From contig OZ024743.1 of the NCBI GenBank assembly GCA_964016885.1, positions 324,818,001-324,882,000 on the forward strand: DNA of 64,000 nucleotides, read 5' to 3'. The stretch comes from Eledone cirrhosa. Lineage: Eukaryota. The notes beneath the pieces are model-generated. The model had not been told where the DNA came from, ran no database searches, and saw only the letters and a program-made list of their open reading frames with translations. Numbering within the stretch: the first letter of the stretch is position 1; every line of letters starts with the position of its first letter. Shown one piece after another: positions 1-11,500 of this stretch. The position numbers were made by a program, and so were the translations under genes.

Positions 1-1260
1 GGGATTTTTCATGAAGGTTGCTCTTCCTCCTTGTTGTTATTTTCTCCTTGGACATCTCCTCGTCTATTGTCCTCTCCTTCAGTACAATTCTGAGCATTGG
101 CTCCCTACTGTCAGTCACGTATTTGTGCAGGTTGTTTTTCTCCATCTGAACACAGTCCTCTATGCTGATAAGACCTCTTCCACCTTCAGATCTCTTTAAA
201 TAGAGTCTATCGACATCACTCCTCTTGCGGAACATGTTGTAGACAGTCAATAGCTTCCTAGTCTTCCTATCCATTTCTTTTTGTTCAGCAACATTCCATT
301 TCAGAATTCCCGCACTGTACCTAATAATAGACACAGCTCGGGAATTCACTGCACTTATGACATTCCTACTATTTAGATGTGATTTTAATACGCTCCTTGC
401 TCTCCTAATGTACTCAGATCTTATCAATTCCTTCATTTTTTTTGTTCTTGATGTCATCTGCCTCCAGAACACCTAAATATTTGTATCCTTCTTCAGTGTC
501 AAATTCCTTTATCATCTCACCTGTTGGTACCTGGATTCCGTTGCTTCTGCTCAATTTACCCCTCTTCATCACTAGGACTCCACACTTATTAATACCAAAT
601 TGCATACATATATCATTGCTGAAAATACGGACAGTGTCAACAAGTACATCCAACTCATTCTCACTCTTCCCAAAGAGTTTAAGATCGTCCATGAAGAGAA
701 GGTGGTTGATGATAAGCTCTCCTTTTCCCAACTTGTATCCTGCTCTCACTTTTCGCAGTATAATGGTCAGGGATATCAGGGCAATGACAAACAGAGGAGA
801 CAAACTATCTCCCTGGAAGATACCTCTCTTGATCTTCACGCCTCCCAAGGATTCTCCAGCTGATGTTAACTCTGTTTTCCAGGACTTCATACTTTTGCTC
901 AACAACTGTCTGATGTTATCTGCCACCTTGAAGATCTCTAGACTTTTGGTGATCCACGAATGAGGCACCATGTCGAATGCCTTTTTGTAGTCTATCCATC
1001 CCATGGCAAGATCAGTGTGTCTCCTCTTGCAAATCCTCATTACCATCTTATCAATAAGTAACTGGTCCTTTGTACCACGGGACTTCTTTCGGCATCCTTT
1101 CTGTTCGTCCGGTAACGAGTTGTTTGTGTGGAGGTGATGGTAGATTTCCTCAGACACAATGCTTGTCAACAGTTTCCACATTACGGACAGACATGTGATA
1201 GGTCTATAGTTGGTAACATCATTACCAGAACTGTAGTACCTTTTGTCAACCACTCTGGTA
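1..1260 (-). mobile_element. RLE-type non-LTR retrotransposon (R4/Dong-like) reverse transcriptase fragment, 5'-truncated and frameshifted, runs off window start
   Basis: ORF 414-1253 has NYRPITCL, EQKGC..GTKDQLLIDK, WIDYKKAFD, GIFQGDSLSP, LFMDDLKL and YKYLG RT motifs typical of R4/Dong elements; abuts an (AAT)n/(ATT)n tract. Confidence 0.85.
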
Positions 1261-1325
1261 CCTCACCCGACATCAAGCAATCATTGAATAATAATAATAA
1301 TAATTATTATTATTATTATTATTAT

Positions 1326-1645
1326 TACAGTTGCATTTATCTTGCTTTATGTTCATACGAGTTATCACCAAGTCACAACCAGTGACCTCAAGAGACAAAA
1401 ATGTCCGCCATGTTCAAGAAAGAACATACATACACACACATGCATCTTTAGGTGTTTAGACTTGTGATGTACTTATATTGAAAGAATCTTCCTTAGTATA
1501 TGGACAGTTCTCATTAGTACTATCTTTTGTATTTCTCCTATACGCGGGTTTCCTGGGATTTGCGATAAGTAATCATTAGACCCCTCAGGTATCATTCCTA
1601 GAGCGCCTACAACCACTGGTATTGTTTTAGTTCTCAATTTCCACA
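1326..1645 (-). mobile_element. 3' end of an R4/Dong-like LINE (RLE C-terminus plus 3' UTR) ending in a (TAA)n tail
   Basis: Minus strand translates LWKLRTKTIPVVVGALGMIPEG..YLSQIPG..EIQKIVL..VHILRKILSI, the typical RLE C-terminus, followed by TAA repeats at ~1290-1326. Confidence 0.7.
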
Positions 1646-1656
1646 GTAGCAACAGA

Positions 1657-1744
<88 letters not shown>

Positions 1745-1756
1745 ATAGTAGTAGTA
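1646..1756. repeat. (CAG)n/(TAG)n compound microsatellite
   Basis: Seen directly. Confidence 0.95.
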
Positions 1757-2339
1757 TTTTAGAAACTCCACTTTCCCAATATTGTCTTTGGTAAGTTTTA
1801 ACTCTTAATATCCTGTACCAGATGACATATTTTACAGTTTGTTTGAAATATTTTTATATTTTGTGGAAACACATAACTAACATCGCGCGAAATAAACTTT
1901 CACTTAATTAGATTGTAAGATTTCTAAAATTACAGCAGCAACGGTGTTGAAAGAGCAGTCTAGATAGTTATAGTGTATCCGCCGCCTTTTATGCGCTTTT
2001 AAATGGAATGGACCTCCGTTGGCTTCGATGATGAGTGTACTAGTTTCTCGATCAATGAAACAGCATACTCAGGAAATTGACGTTCCAGTGGCTAAGTAGA
2101 TATGCGTACTCTTAATGGTAATTCTCAGGGAGATTCAGCGTGACACAATGGGTGACAATGGGTGACTTTGAATTACAGATACAATCCATCCGACAGGCTT
2201 CCGAACAGCTTCCGTCTATCCATTTTCACTCACAAATCTGGTATCGACTCAAATCCGAGTTACTGATGTTAAAAGCCGAAAAATTCTAAAGCACACCGGA
2301 AACTTCCACATCAACAGTGACATAGACTGCCTTTACTTG

Positions 2340-3815
2340 AAAGGTAAGCAGGGAGGCAGTATTTGAGTGTCGCATCATATCCCTCCGACAACATTTACGA
2401 GCCTCTAAGCGTAGGAGCCCTAATGAACAAGTCTGTCTGCATGAGACAGATAAGATCATGAGAGTTGGGAAGATACTCCTTGAAAGATACTCCCTGTATG
2501 ATAATCAAAACTCATACCCAGGTAAATTGCCCAGCAAAACCGCAGTGAAAATGGTATGCTTATAGCAAAATACCATGCATGGATATGTTGCCAGGAGACA
2601 CTGAAGTAAGAGTAATACAGATAAGGAAAATAGTCTATCTTGGACCAACAACCACTATATTGGCTCTTACTTTGAAGGATATGCTTTCACAATCCAAGAA
2701 CAGGAAATCAATACAAAATACCTGATTGACAAACGAGATAGGGATACAGGCAAAACACCTAGATATGACAACAAATGCAGACTCTGCAGAATTAACAGTG
2801 AAGATGTCACCCATGTCATAAGCAGCTGTCCAAAATATCATCAGGGTTCTAGCTACCTATGAGGCATGATGTAGTGGCCAAATCCTTATAGGATGCAATC
2901 CGTAGAAAAGATAAACAATAAACATTAAAAGTTACTGCAATGTGGAAGACATATACATACATAATATGAAAGAGTACTGGTAGAATGTTCCAGTCAAAGC
3001 CCAAATAAAATGCAAGCATAACAGACCAGATATTATGATATGGGACAGAGAAAAGAAGGCATGCACAGTAGTGGAAATCACCTGCTCAGCAGATGTCAAT
3101 ATAATGCTAAAGATAAGCGAAAAGGAGAATATCTATGCAGAACTAATGAGAAATCTGCAGATACTCCACCCTGACTATGTCTTTAGATTTATACCTTTAG
3201 CAGTATTAGTTGTAGATGTTATCGCCACTTTAGCAGGGTGGTAGAATCAGTGGTCGTTAGTTGCCAGTGTAGTAAGTGATAGTATCCTCGTTGGATTATC
3301 TTGTTGACATAGACGTGAGGGAAGGTCCCTCGATCTATTTACCATCTATTCACAATGTTCCTTTCGTCAGGTCGCCAATTCCAGCAGCATGGATTAAAGA
3401 TGTCATTGAGACACGAGTAACATAACAACGACTTCAACCGCAGTAATTAGAGATGAAATGTTTGTTTATTTATATGGTTGAAGTTACAGATAAAAAGAGG
3501 TTACAAAAGGGAATGTGCCATTGCGCCGTTAAACCGGCGAGGTTAGGGGTGCAATATCTCACTGTTACATTATGCGTGTTGCTGGCTTGAAGTTTCAGGT
3601 ACAAGAGCGAGATTCTTCAAATCTTCGCGGTGAATTTCTTCCTCAGGGCGCGTAGGGATACATCCTCTTCTACTGGCGCTGATTGGCTGAACTGAGCCAA
3701 ATCACGCACAGAGAATGTATGTGAGCCCGCGGAATGTAGGTCACTACATACCTGTGATTATTGGGGCACTGGGATATGTTACTAACTGCCTTTGTACAAA
3801 TCTTGAGAAAGAGAA
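2340..3815 (+). mobile_element. Degenerate R4/Dong-like LINE 3' half (CCHC knuckle plus PD-(D/E)xK endonuclease), interrupted by a solo LTR
   Basis: Translates KCRLCRINSEDVTHVISSC..RHD, then KHNRPDIMIWDREKK..VVEITC..K..Y, and FRFIP|VIIGALG across the 3197-3748 insert. Confidence 0.8.
3197..3748 (-). mobile_element. Probable solo LTR (552 bp) with 5-bp TSD TACCT
   Basis: TACCT at 3192-3196 and 3749-3753; removing the insert restores the FIP-VIIGALG frame. Minus strand starts TGTAGTG, ends in an imperfect inverted terminus (CTGCTAA) and contains TATAAATAAA. Confidence 0.65.
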
Positions 3816-4151
3816 CCAGAAAGAGCACGGCTAGTTAGGAAGTTGCAAGTACAATCCATTAATGGAACTGTCAAAATATGTAAAACGTTTCAGAAATCCA
3901 GCATGTAATAACTGCATATACACATGTATAGAAGCAAAATCATATGCACGTGTACACATATAACTCACAACATACAGATCTACACATGCAATAACACCCA
4001 TACCTGCACACACACAAACACATACAGACACACATACGTATTTACCTAGTTGATGTTGACTAAATTCCAATGAGAAGAGTCTTGTTTCTATGTTGGAAAC
4101 AGGCTGTCTCTATTGGTGGAAAATCATAAAATATTAAAACTAGAAGAACAA

Positions 4152-4232
<81 letters not shown>

Positions 4233-4288
4233 ATACACACATACATACATACATACATACATACATACATACATACATACATACATAC
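4152..4288. repeat. (CA)n plus (CATA)n microsatellite
   Basis: Seen directly. Confidence 0.95.
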
Positions 4289-4675
4289 AAATATATATGT
4301 GTGGGGGTGTCTTAGATGCAGTATGGTGAAGAAATCGAATATCACTTGTTCCTTCCGTAAAACAACGAGTTAAGTACTTTATAATGGTTTACACAGAGAT
4401 CTCAGTATAAGAGATAGAAGGGGGGGGGGGAGAAGAGAAAGAGGGGGAAGCAGGGAAGGTACATGCAAAGCGACAGACAGACAGAGACATCGACAAACAG
4501 ACAGACAGATTTACATATATTTCGCCAGCAGAGGACGTGGTGATTTGTTACGTTCGCTATTTTGATTTGTAAAGATAACATCTCTCCAATCAAACTTATT
4601 CCATTTCAAACAGATCTAATCGACTTCATTTTAGTGGCTGTAATGATGTGTTATAATGGAGGGAGGGGGGGGGTA

Positions 4676-4744
4676 GAAGAAGAAGAAGAAGAAGAAGAAG
4701 AAGAAGAAGAAGAAGAAGAAGAAGAAGAAGAAGAAGAAGAAGAA
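4676..4744. repeat. (GAA)n microsatellite
   Basis: Seen directly. Confidence 0.95.
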
Positions 4745-5080
4745 AAACATTTTTTTTAAACGCAGAAACAAAAATATTCTCGCGCGTTGTGTGTATGTGT
4801 GCGTGCGTGTGTGTGTGCGTGTGTGTGTGTGCGTGTGTGTGTGTTTATTTTTCTTCATTTTTCTTTACTCTTATATTCCTAGATTATCAAGTTCTAGTAA
4901 GATATAATTCTGTGGATTCAAATCCTAGCTGCAATCAATATTTAACGTACACATTCCTAAAGGTTTTGTTTATTTTTTTTACTTTATCGGATATAAATCT
5001 CCCAATCACGCTCCGACTGTTCGATTTTTGCGTGTTATGCATCTCTTTCGATATAAAATTCTAAAGAATATTATTAAAAA

Positions 5081-5386
5081 ATAATTGTTTCTACTTTCGA
5101 CACAAGGCCAGTAATTACCCAGTACGTTACTGGTACTTTATTTTATCGACCTCGTAAGGATGAAAGGCAAAGTTAACCTCGGCGGGATTTGAACTCAGAT
5201 CGTAAAGGGACGTAACTATGCTGGAAAGCATGGCGTCCGACCGTCTACCAATTCTGCCAATCCACCGCCCTATTAAAAAATAATGGTTTCTTCTTTTGGC
5301 ACAAGGCCAGCAATTATACCAGTACATTACTGGTACTTTATTTTATCGACCCCGTAAGGATGAAAGGCAAAGTTAACCTCGGCGGA
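5081..5386 (-). mobile_element. tRNA-type SINE (family A, ~190 bp), one full copy and one 3' partial copy
   Basis: A-box-like TGGCAGAATTGG, B-box GAGTTCAAATCC, Deu/Nin-domain-like GCCTTTCATCCTTACGGGGTCGATAAAA and an AGAAACAATTATT tail; many copies in the window. Confidence 0.8.
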
Positions 5387-5970
5387 TAATATTGTATAAT
5401 ACGAACTGTCTGAATTTCTATTTCGTTATTTTCATTATTCTGATATAATCGGTTAATATGTTAATATCTAATATTTTTCCGAGAAAATAGGAACATTGTT
5501 ACGGTGGCAATATAGGTGGTTCAAAGAGTGTTTTCAGACTGGACAGAGTATTATAAGCATACATATACATATATGTATTAATGTATATAAGTATGTGTGT
5601 GTGTGCGTTCTCTCCTCCACCGAACGATTCCAAGTCCTCCTGGGGAGAGCATTTACACCCTTAAAGACATGGTATCCTGCGATATATAGCTTGTGGGTTT
5701 CCTGTAAACTTACTGTTGGTACTATTACGTTCCTGTAGCTTCTAACGATAACAATGCTCGTAGTTGGTGTTTAAAGACATTCAGTCTACCCACAAATGTC
5801 CCTCAACACTAGTTCAAAACACAATTTGGATAGTCTAGTATACAGTCACAGATAAAGTTCCCGAATTCATTATACATTTTGCATTTAATGGTGGTATCTA
5901 ATTGTCCTATATTTATTCTTAGTCGTAATGAATATCCAAAGTTAGTAGAGCACGCAATCAGAGATATTCA

Positions 5971-6106
<136 letters not shown>

Positions 6107-6149
6107 AAATTTGACATATAATTTGACATATATTAGAGGGACTTCATAC

Positions 6150-7620
6150 AATATCTATGCAGTCTGGAGTACAGAGCAAACATCATACATCTGGGCTGGA
6201 ACTTGCCTGTGAGCAATAATTTGTATATCGTTTAAAGTCCGTTTCCAGCCATCTTCTGGATCTTAATTTTCTCAGCTCTATCATTAAGTGATTCATGATA
6301 CAACCTCCCAGACTCTTCACAGGCTTCTCTGCTACTATTAAAATGACCTCTTCTGAAACCTCGATTTTCACTTTGTTTTACCTTCATTTGAAAAGAGTCA
6401 TCTAACGCGATTTCTTTGTTTTGAAACTCATTCTTTCCCAACTTATTAAATAATCCAGTCTGCTCAGGTTTGCTATCACTAACTTCTTGTTTTTGCCAAC
6501 AATGCTATATCACCCATGAAAGTTTTCTTTAAGGAGAGAATCTTCATTTCGCAGTCGTAAAATGTTTTACCTCGTAAGATGACTTCCATTCCAAGCACAA
6601 ACCACTGCAATCACCACCTCCAACTTGTACCATGCCGTTGTAAAATTGTATATGGTAAAGCGTATGTAGACCTTGCTGTAATAGTTCATCATCAGAATGC
6701 TTACTTCGGGATGGATTTAGAGTAAATTTATAGCGAACTGAAGCAGTTTGTGTATAACTGACTTGAAAGTATTTGCCAGGTCAAGCCACACAACTTCCAG
6801 ATAAAGCCACACAGTTATTAAGTCAAAGCCACACAACTCTCAGAGCACTTTTTCCTTCTTTGCTCATGGTTAGGCATCTCAGATCATATCCACATAATCT
6901 ATATAATCTGATACACCAAGGATTCCAGCTTTCGGCTCAGCATCATCCACATAACCATTAACCACTCCTCTGGCAATAATCCCAAGGAATATTTTTTCAA
7001 ACAATACTCAGTAGCGTAATTGACACGAATTGGTCAAGTCCTAATGAATTCTGCTCTTTGGGAAGTAATCCATAATCACCCTCTCTTTCCAGGCTCTTCT
7101 AAGAATGAGAAATAGCTTGTTGATCAGACGACGACACTTCTTGTATGGCACACTCTTCAATTGTGTCACGTTTATGATGTCCCGGATTTTCTTTATTTGA
7201 AAGTCGCTAACATCAACTTTTGTTCCACGTGTTGTCCCCTTTGATATCCCCAGCATTGATGGCATAGATATATCTCAAAGATTATCACTATATATATATT
7301 GCACAAGCGTGCCTCCAGTTCATCCTTGCTGCATGTCAAGTCATCATATCTGTTTTCCTGGAATATCCCAATGTCATACTTATAAGGATTTTCAATGAAC
7401 CTCCTTCAGCACTGCCGCTTGAGCCTTCTCTTTCCCATTCTTCTCTCGACTCACGCCAGCTGGTAGAGGTGCTGCTTCACGCCATCGTACACCATTTTCA
7501 AATGCACCTTTTCTTTTCACTTGCCTCAATCTATTTATTCCTCAACGCATCCTTTTCTCTCTGATGAGGTGCTACCTCATGACAAATTTTTCCCCCTGTT
7601 CCTTCTTATTGTGCCTAGCA
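6150..7620 (-). mobile_element. Highly decayed RLE-type LINE reverse transcriptase (Hero-like)
   Basis: Broken frames with VPYKKC..LFLILRRAW, PKAGILG, AKKEKSALRVVWLDL and EKPVKSLG motifs; many stops and frameshifts. Confidence 0.55.
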
Positions 7621-8463
7621 TTTCTTCCCCTGTGTAGTAGATCGAATCAGCAAGTATTGAGAAATCTTTATTAGGTTGACATAGACGGCAAATTGACAGA
7701 GTCTTTAGAACGTCGGATAGAATGCTTTATGCTATTCGTTCCAGCTCTCTTCTCTCCGAGTTCAAATCCCTCCAAGGTCAACTTTGCCTTTCATTCATTC
7801 GAGGTCGATAGAAAAAGTACCAGTCTCGTACTGAGGTCGATTCTTCCTCTTTTGGGAACAAATCTTCTGTGCTAAGGCCTGGAGAGAGATGGTCTCCGCC
7901 AGGCTTAAGATGCCCAAGAAACGCCGTTTGTCAATACGGTGCTCCTACGATTTTATCTGGAGTTATGGCACACATTAGGGTGACAGCTTATTTACCTTAG
8001 GCTACTTAATCTTCTCTCACTTACCCTCCTTATCCCCAGCAGAAACATTGACTAAACCTCTGTGCTGTGCCTCCTTGCTATCAATGCTTATCGTCTGCTC
8101 CACATAGCGATTCTGAGTACACCGTTTCAACTTGGCAATTTGAAAACCTTTCATCACCAAACTGCTTCCCACAAAACATCTGTTTATGTATTCATGAATT
8201 GTCTGTTTAAATCATTGCTCTTTTCCGTGTCCATGTTCGTTTCCAGTCCATTAATTTGATTTCCAGTCGCCCTTATTCCCCATCTGTTTCTCGGGCTATA
8301 AGGATACATATCTATATATTAGTTCTTGTTGTGTGAAGATATCTTCAGTGGTGCTGCCACCATGACCATCGGCTCACGATTGCAAATCATTTGGCCTCTA
8401 GCAAATGAATACGTACCGTAGTGCGTATATATGTATATACATATACGTACACACGCACGCACG

Positions 8464-8494
<31 letters not shown>

Positions 8495-8507
8495 GTACAA
8501 ACACAAG

Positions 8508-8544
<37 letters not shown>
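8508..8544. repeat. (GATA)n tract at the 3' end of Tx1 copy 1
   Basis: Seen directly. Confidence 0.9.
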
Positions 8545-11500
8545 TTCTTTATTAGCCACAGGGGCACAAAAGAAGGGGACAAATACAAAGGGGGAAGTTT
8601 ACATACAATAAAAACGTGTAAAATGTTATCACAAATGGAATTTAAAAAGTTAGTCGATTTTCCCCAATAGAGGGAGACAGTTTATATGGGTAACACATAC
8701 CCCCGAAAAAAAATGTGCAACCCTCATCTCCAGGAGTACGAAGAGTTTGTACTCCTTTCCTCTCCTCCTCCTTTTCCTCAACCTACAGGCTGATATAGAG
8801 AGAAGGCCCATTCACTCGGGGCATTCTCGCCACTTTCACCCACCTTTCATAAAACTTGCTGGGGTACAACACCTCTCTCTCCATCCTGATTCTTCTTCCA
8901 AAGTGGTATTTGAAAAAAAGAATCAGTTGTTGGCCGGAGAGAAAGGTGTCTGACCTCAGCCCTTTCAACCTTGTCCACCATACAACCTCTTTCGCCATAG
9001 CTATCACACAAAGGAAAACCGCCTCTCCTTCGTTTTTGAAGGAGGGTGGCGGTTTGATCATGACAATGGACTCGGTGGTCAACTGGATTGGTCCCACCCG
9101 CGACAATAGTCATTCCACATAGCCCCACAGGTCAGTGACGCCCGGGCAGTGTATGAATGCGTGCGCGACGGTTTCTTCGTCTCGCACGCACCTCGGACAG
9201 ATCTTTTTTGCAGGGTCCCTGCCCGGGCGCCCATGTCTGTAGAGCTTGTCTCGAACTGGTAGAGCTCCTCGGTAGCACTGCCAAGCCAGAGACTTTTGGA
9301 AGTTGTCCATCGGTCCCGGGCGGAAGGTCCTACCGAACAGACTGGCCAGTTCATCTTCCTCTACGCCTAGAGTTTCACCGAGCGCGTCGTCGCACTTGCT
9401 GCGGTTCAACCCTCTATAGAATGACGAAGTGGAGTCTCCACTGATCGCCGGGTCCGCCTGCCAGAGGGCTGTGAGTGCCTGAGCACATTCGATGTGCCAG
9501 TCGCCCATTTTCCTCGGTCTTTGCTTGACCCAGGACTGCAGCTCGGTCAGCGAGACGAGTCGTGGGAAGGCTCGCCTCACGAACGGGGCCCACACCGGTT
9601 GTCCGCTGAGGAATACGTAGAGATGCCGCAGCCTGAGCGCGTGTTTGCGCATCGTCAACCACGGCATCCCCAGCCCTCCGTTAGAAGGGTGTTGGCAGCA
9701 GATGGTTCTTCTCGCCAAAGGAGCCCGCCTCTTCCAAAGGAATCGGAAGAGCGCGCGTTCCATTTTGGCGAGCGTTTTGGCTGGACAAGGCACGACGGTC
9801 AAGCGGTAGTAGATGGCGGACGCTATAAAAGTGTTCGCCACCTCCGCTCGACCTTTCAAGGATAGTTTGCACTCGGCCCACTTCTGGGTGAGTGCAAACA
9901 CCTTGGCCGTCACTTCCTTCCAGTTCTTCTCCACCTGGAGGTCCGGACCAAACCAGACCCCGAGCAGCTTTATCGGTCCTTCCGTCCAGCGTCCGACGAC
10001 GCCATCGGAAGGCATCGGTTTGCCTCTCCACGATCCAAGTTGCAAACCGATGGACTTGTCCCGGTTCAGCTTCGCTCCTGTGAAACTTTCGTATTCCTTC
10101 AGTAAGGTGGCGACTTCCTCGATTTGCGAGGCGCTCGACACAATTACTGTCACGTCGTCGGCGTAGGCCGACGCCGCTTTCCGCAGTCCCGGTTCCAGAG
10201 GGATGCCCTGCAATAGCTCCAACTTCCGCAGTAGTGGCTCGAGAGTCAGTACGTACAGAAGGGAGGAGAGAGGGCATCCCTGTCGAATGGATCGCGTAAT
10301 ATGGAACGGCTCCGAGAGGTAGCCGTTCACCTTGACCCTTGAGCAGATGTTGCTGTTGTGCATTGCAGCAATCCAGCCCCTGAACACGGGTCCGAAGCCT
10401 GCCGCCTCGAGCACCGCATCCAGGTAACGATGGTCAACCCTATCGAAAGCCTTAGACTGATCCAAGTTGATCAGGGCCCTACCGAAGCCGGGTTTACACC
10501 CTACCCTCTCTATGATGTATCGCACGAGGTGGAGGTTGTCGTGTATGGACCTGGTCGGGATTGCGCATGTCTGCGCTTCTCCCACCAGGTTCTCGACGAC
10601 AAGCGCCAGCCTCTTTGCCAACACCTTGGCCAAAATCTGTAACTCTGTGTTTAGCAGAGTTATGGGCCGGAATTTGCCTATGTCATCCCCCTTATTCTCG
10701 TCCTTCCTGATTAGTGTGACCACGCCCCCAGTTACAGAACTGGGAATTCTCCCGTTCTGTTGCCAGTTGCAGTAGACCGCTTCCAGGAGACCGGAGAATA
10801 AGTCCGGCATTGCTACGTAAAATTCGTAGGGTAGACCGTCGAGACCTGGAGATTTTCGTTTGCCGCATTGGCTCAGCGCGTCCCCTATCTCAGTAGCTTA
10901 AATCGGCTTTTCGCAGAACTTTGCCTCGCTGTCCGAGAGTCGCGGTAGGCCGTCGAGGTATGGACCGAAATCCATAGCCTCTCCCGGCGCGCCGCCCCCC
11001 GCGAACAGCTGAGCAAAGTGCCGCTGAAAATCCGCACACATCTGCTTCGGCCCACGTATCACGCGTCCGTTTTGGTCCTTCAAAGACCGAATCGTGGACT
11101 TGTTGCCTCTTTTTGCCTCCGTCACTCGGGCCCAGCTAACAGCTTTGGCTCCCTCGTTTCCCAGAGCACGTATTTTGCTTCTGACAACGCAGCCCTCGTG
11201 CTTTGCGTCGAAGAACTGGTCCAAGGCTGTTCTCGTTGCTAGCACGCTGGCTACGTTGCCACTTCTAATTGCCTCTTCTACTTTATCTACCAGTTCCTTC
11301 TCGGTTCTATTTCTATATAACGCTAATTCTTTACTAAAAACTATCGAGTCTAATCTAACTGCCCTCTTGAGAGAGTACCACCATCTGTTGTTGACAATGG
11401 CCCCTGTCAAGTGCTGTTTAACTAAAGTGCTAATCCGTCTACTGTAGGCTTTGCTTGTCGGTAACGACAAGTTCAGCTTCCAGTAGCCGGGTCCTTGTCT

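Noticed and set aside
7561-7590. CTGATGA motif (also at ~61670)
   Set aside because: No stem II-GAAA-stem III arrangement follows, so not a hammerhead.
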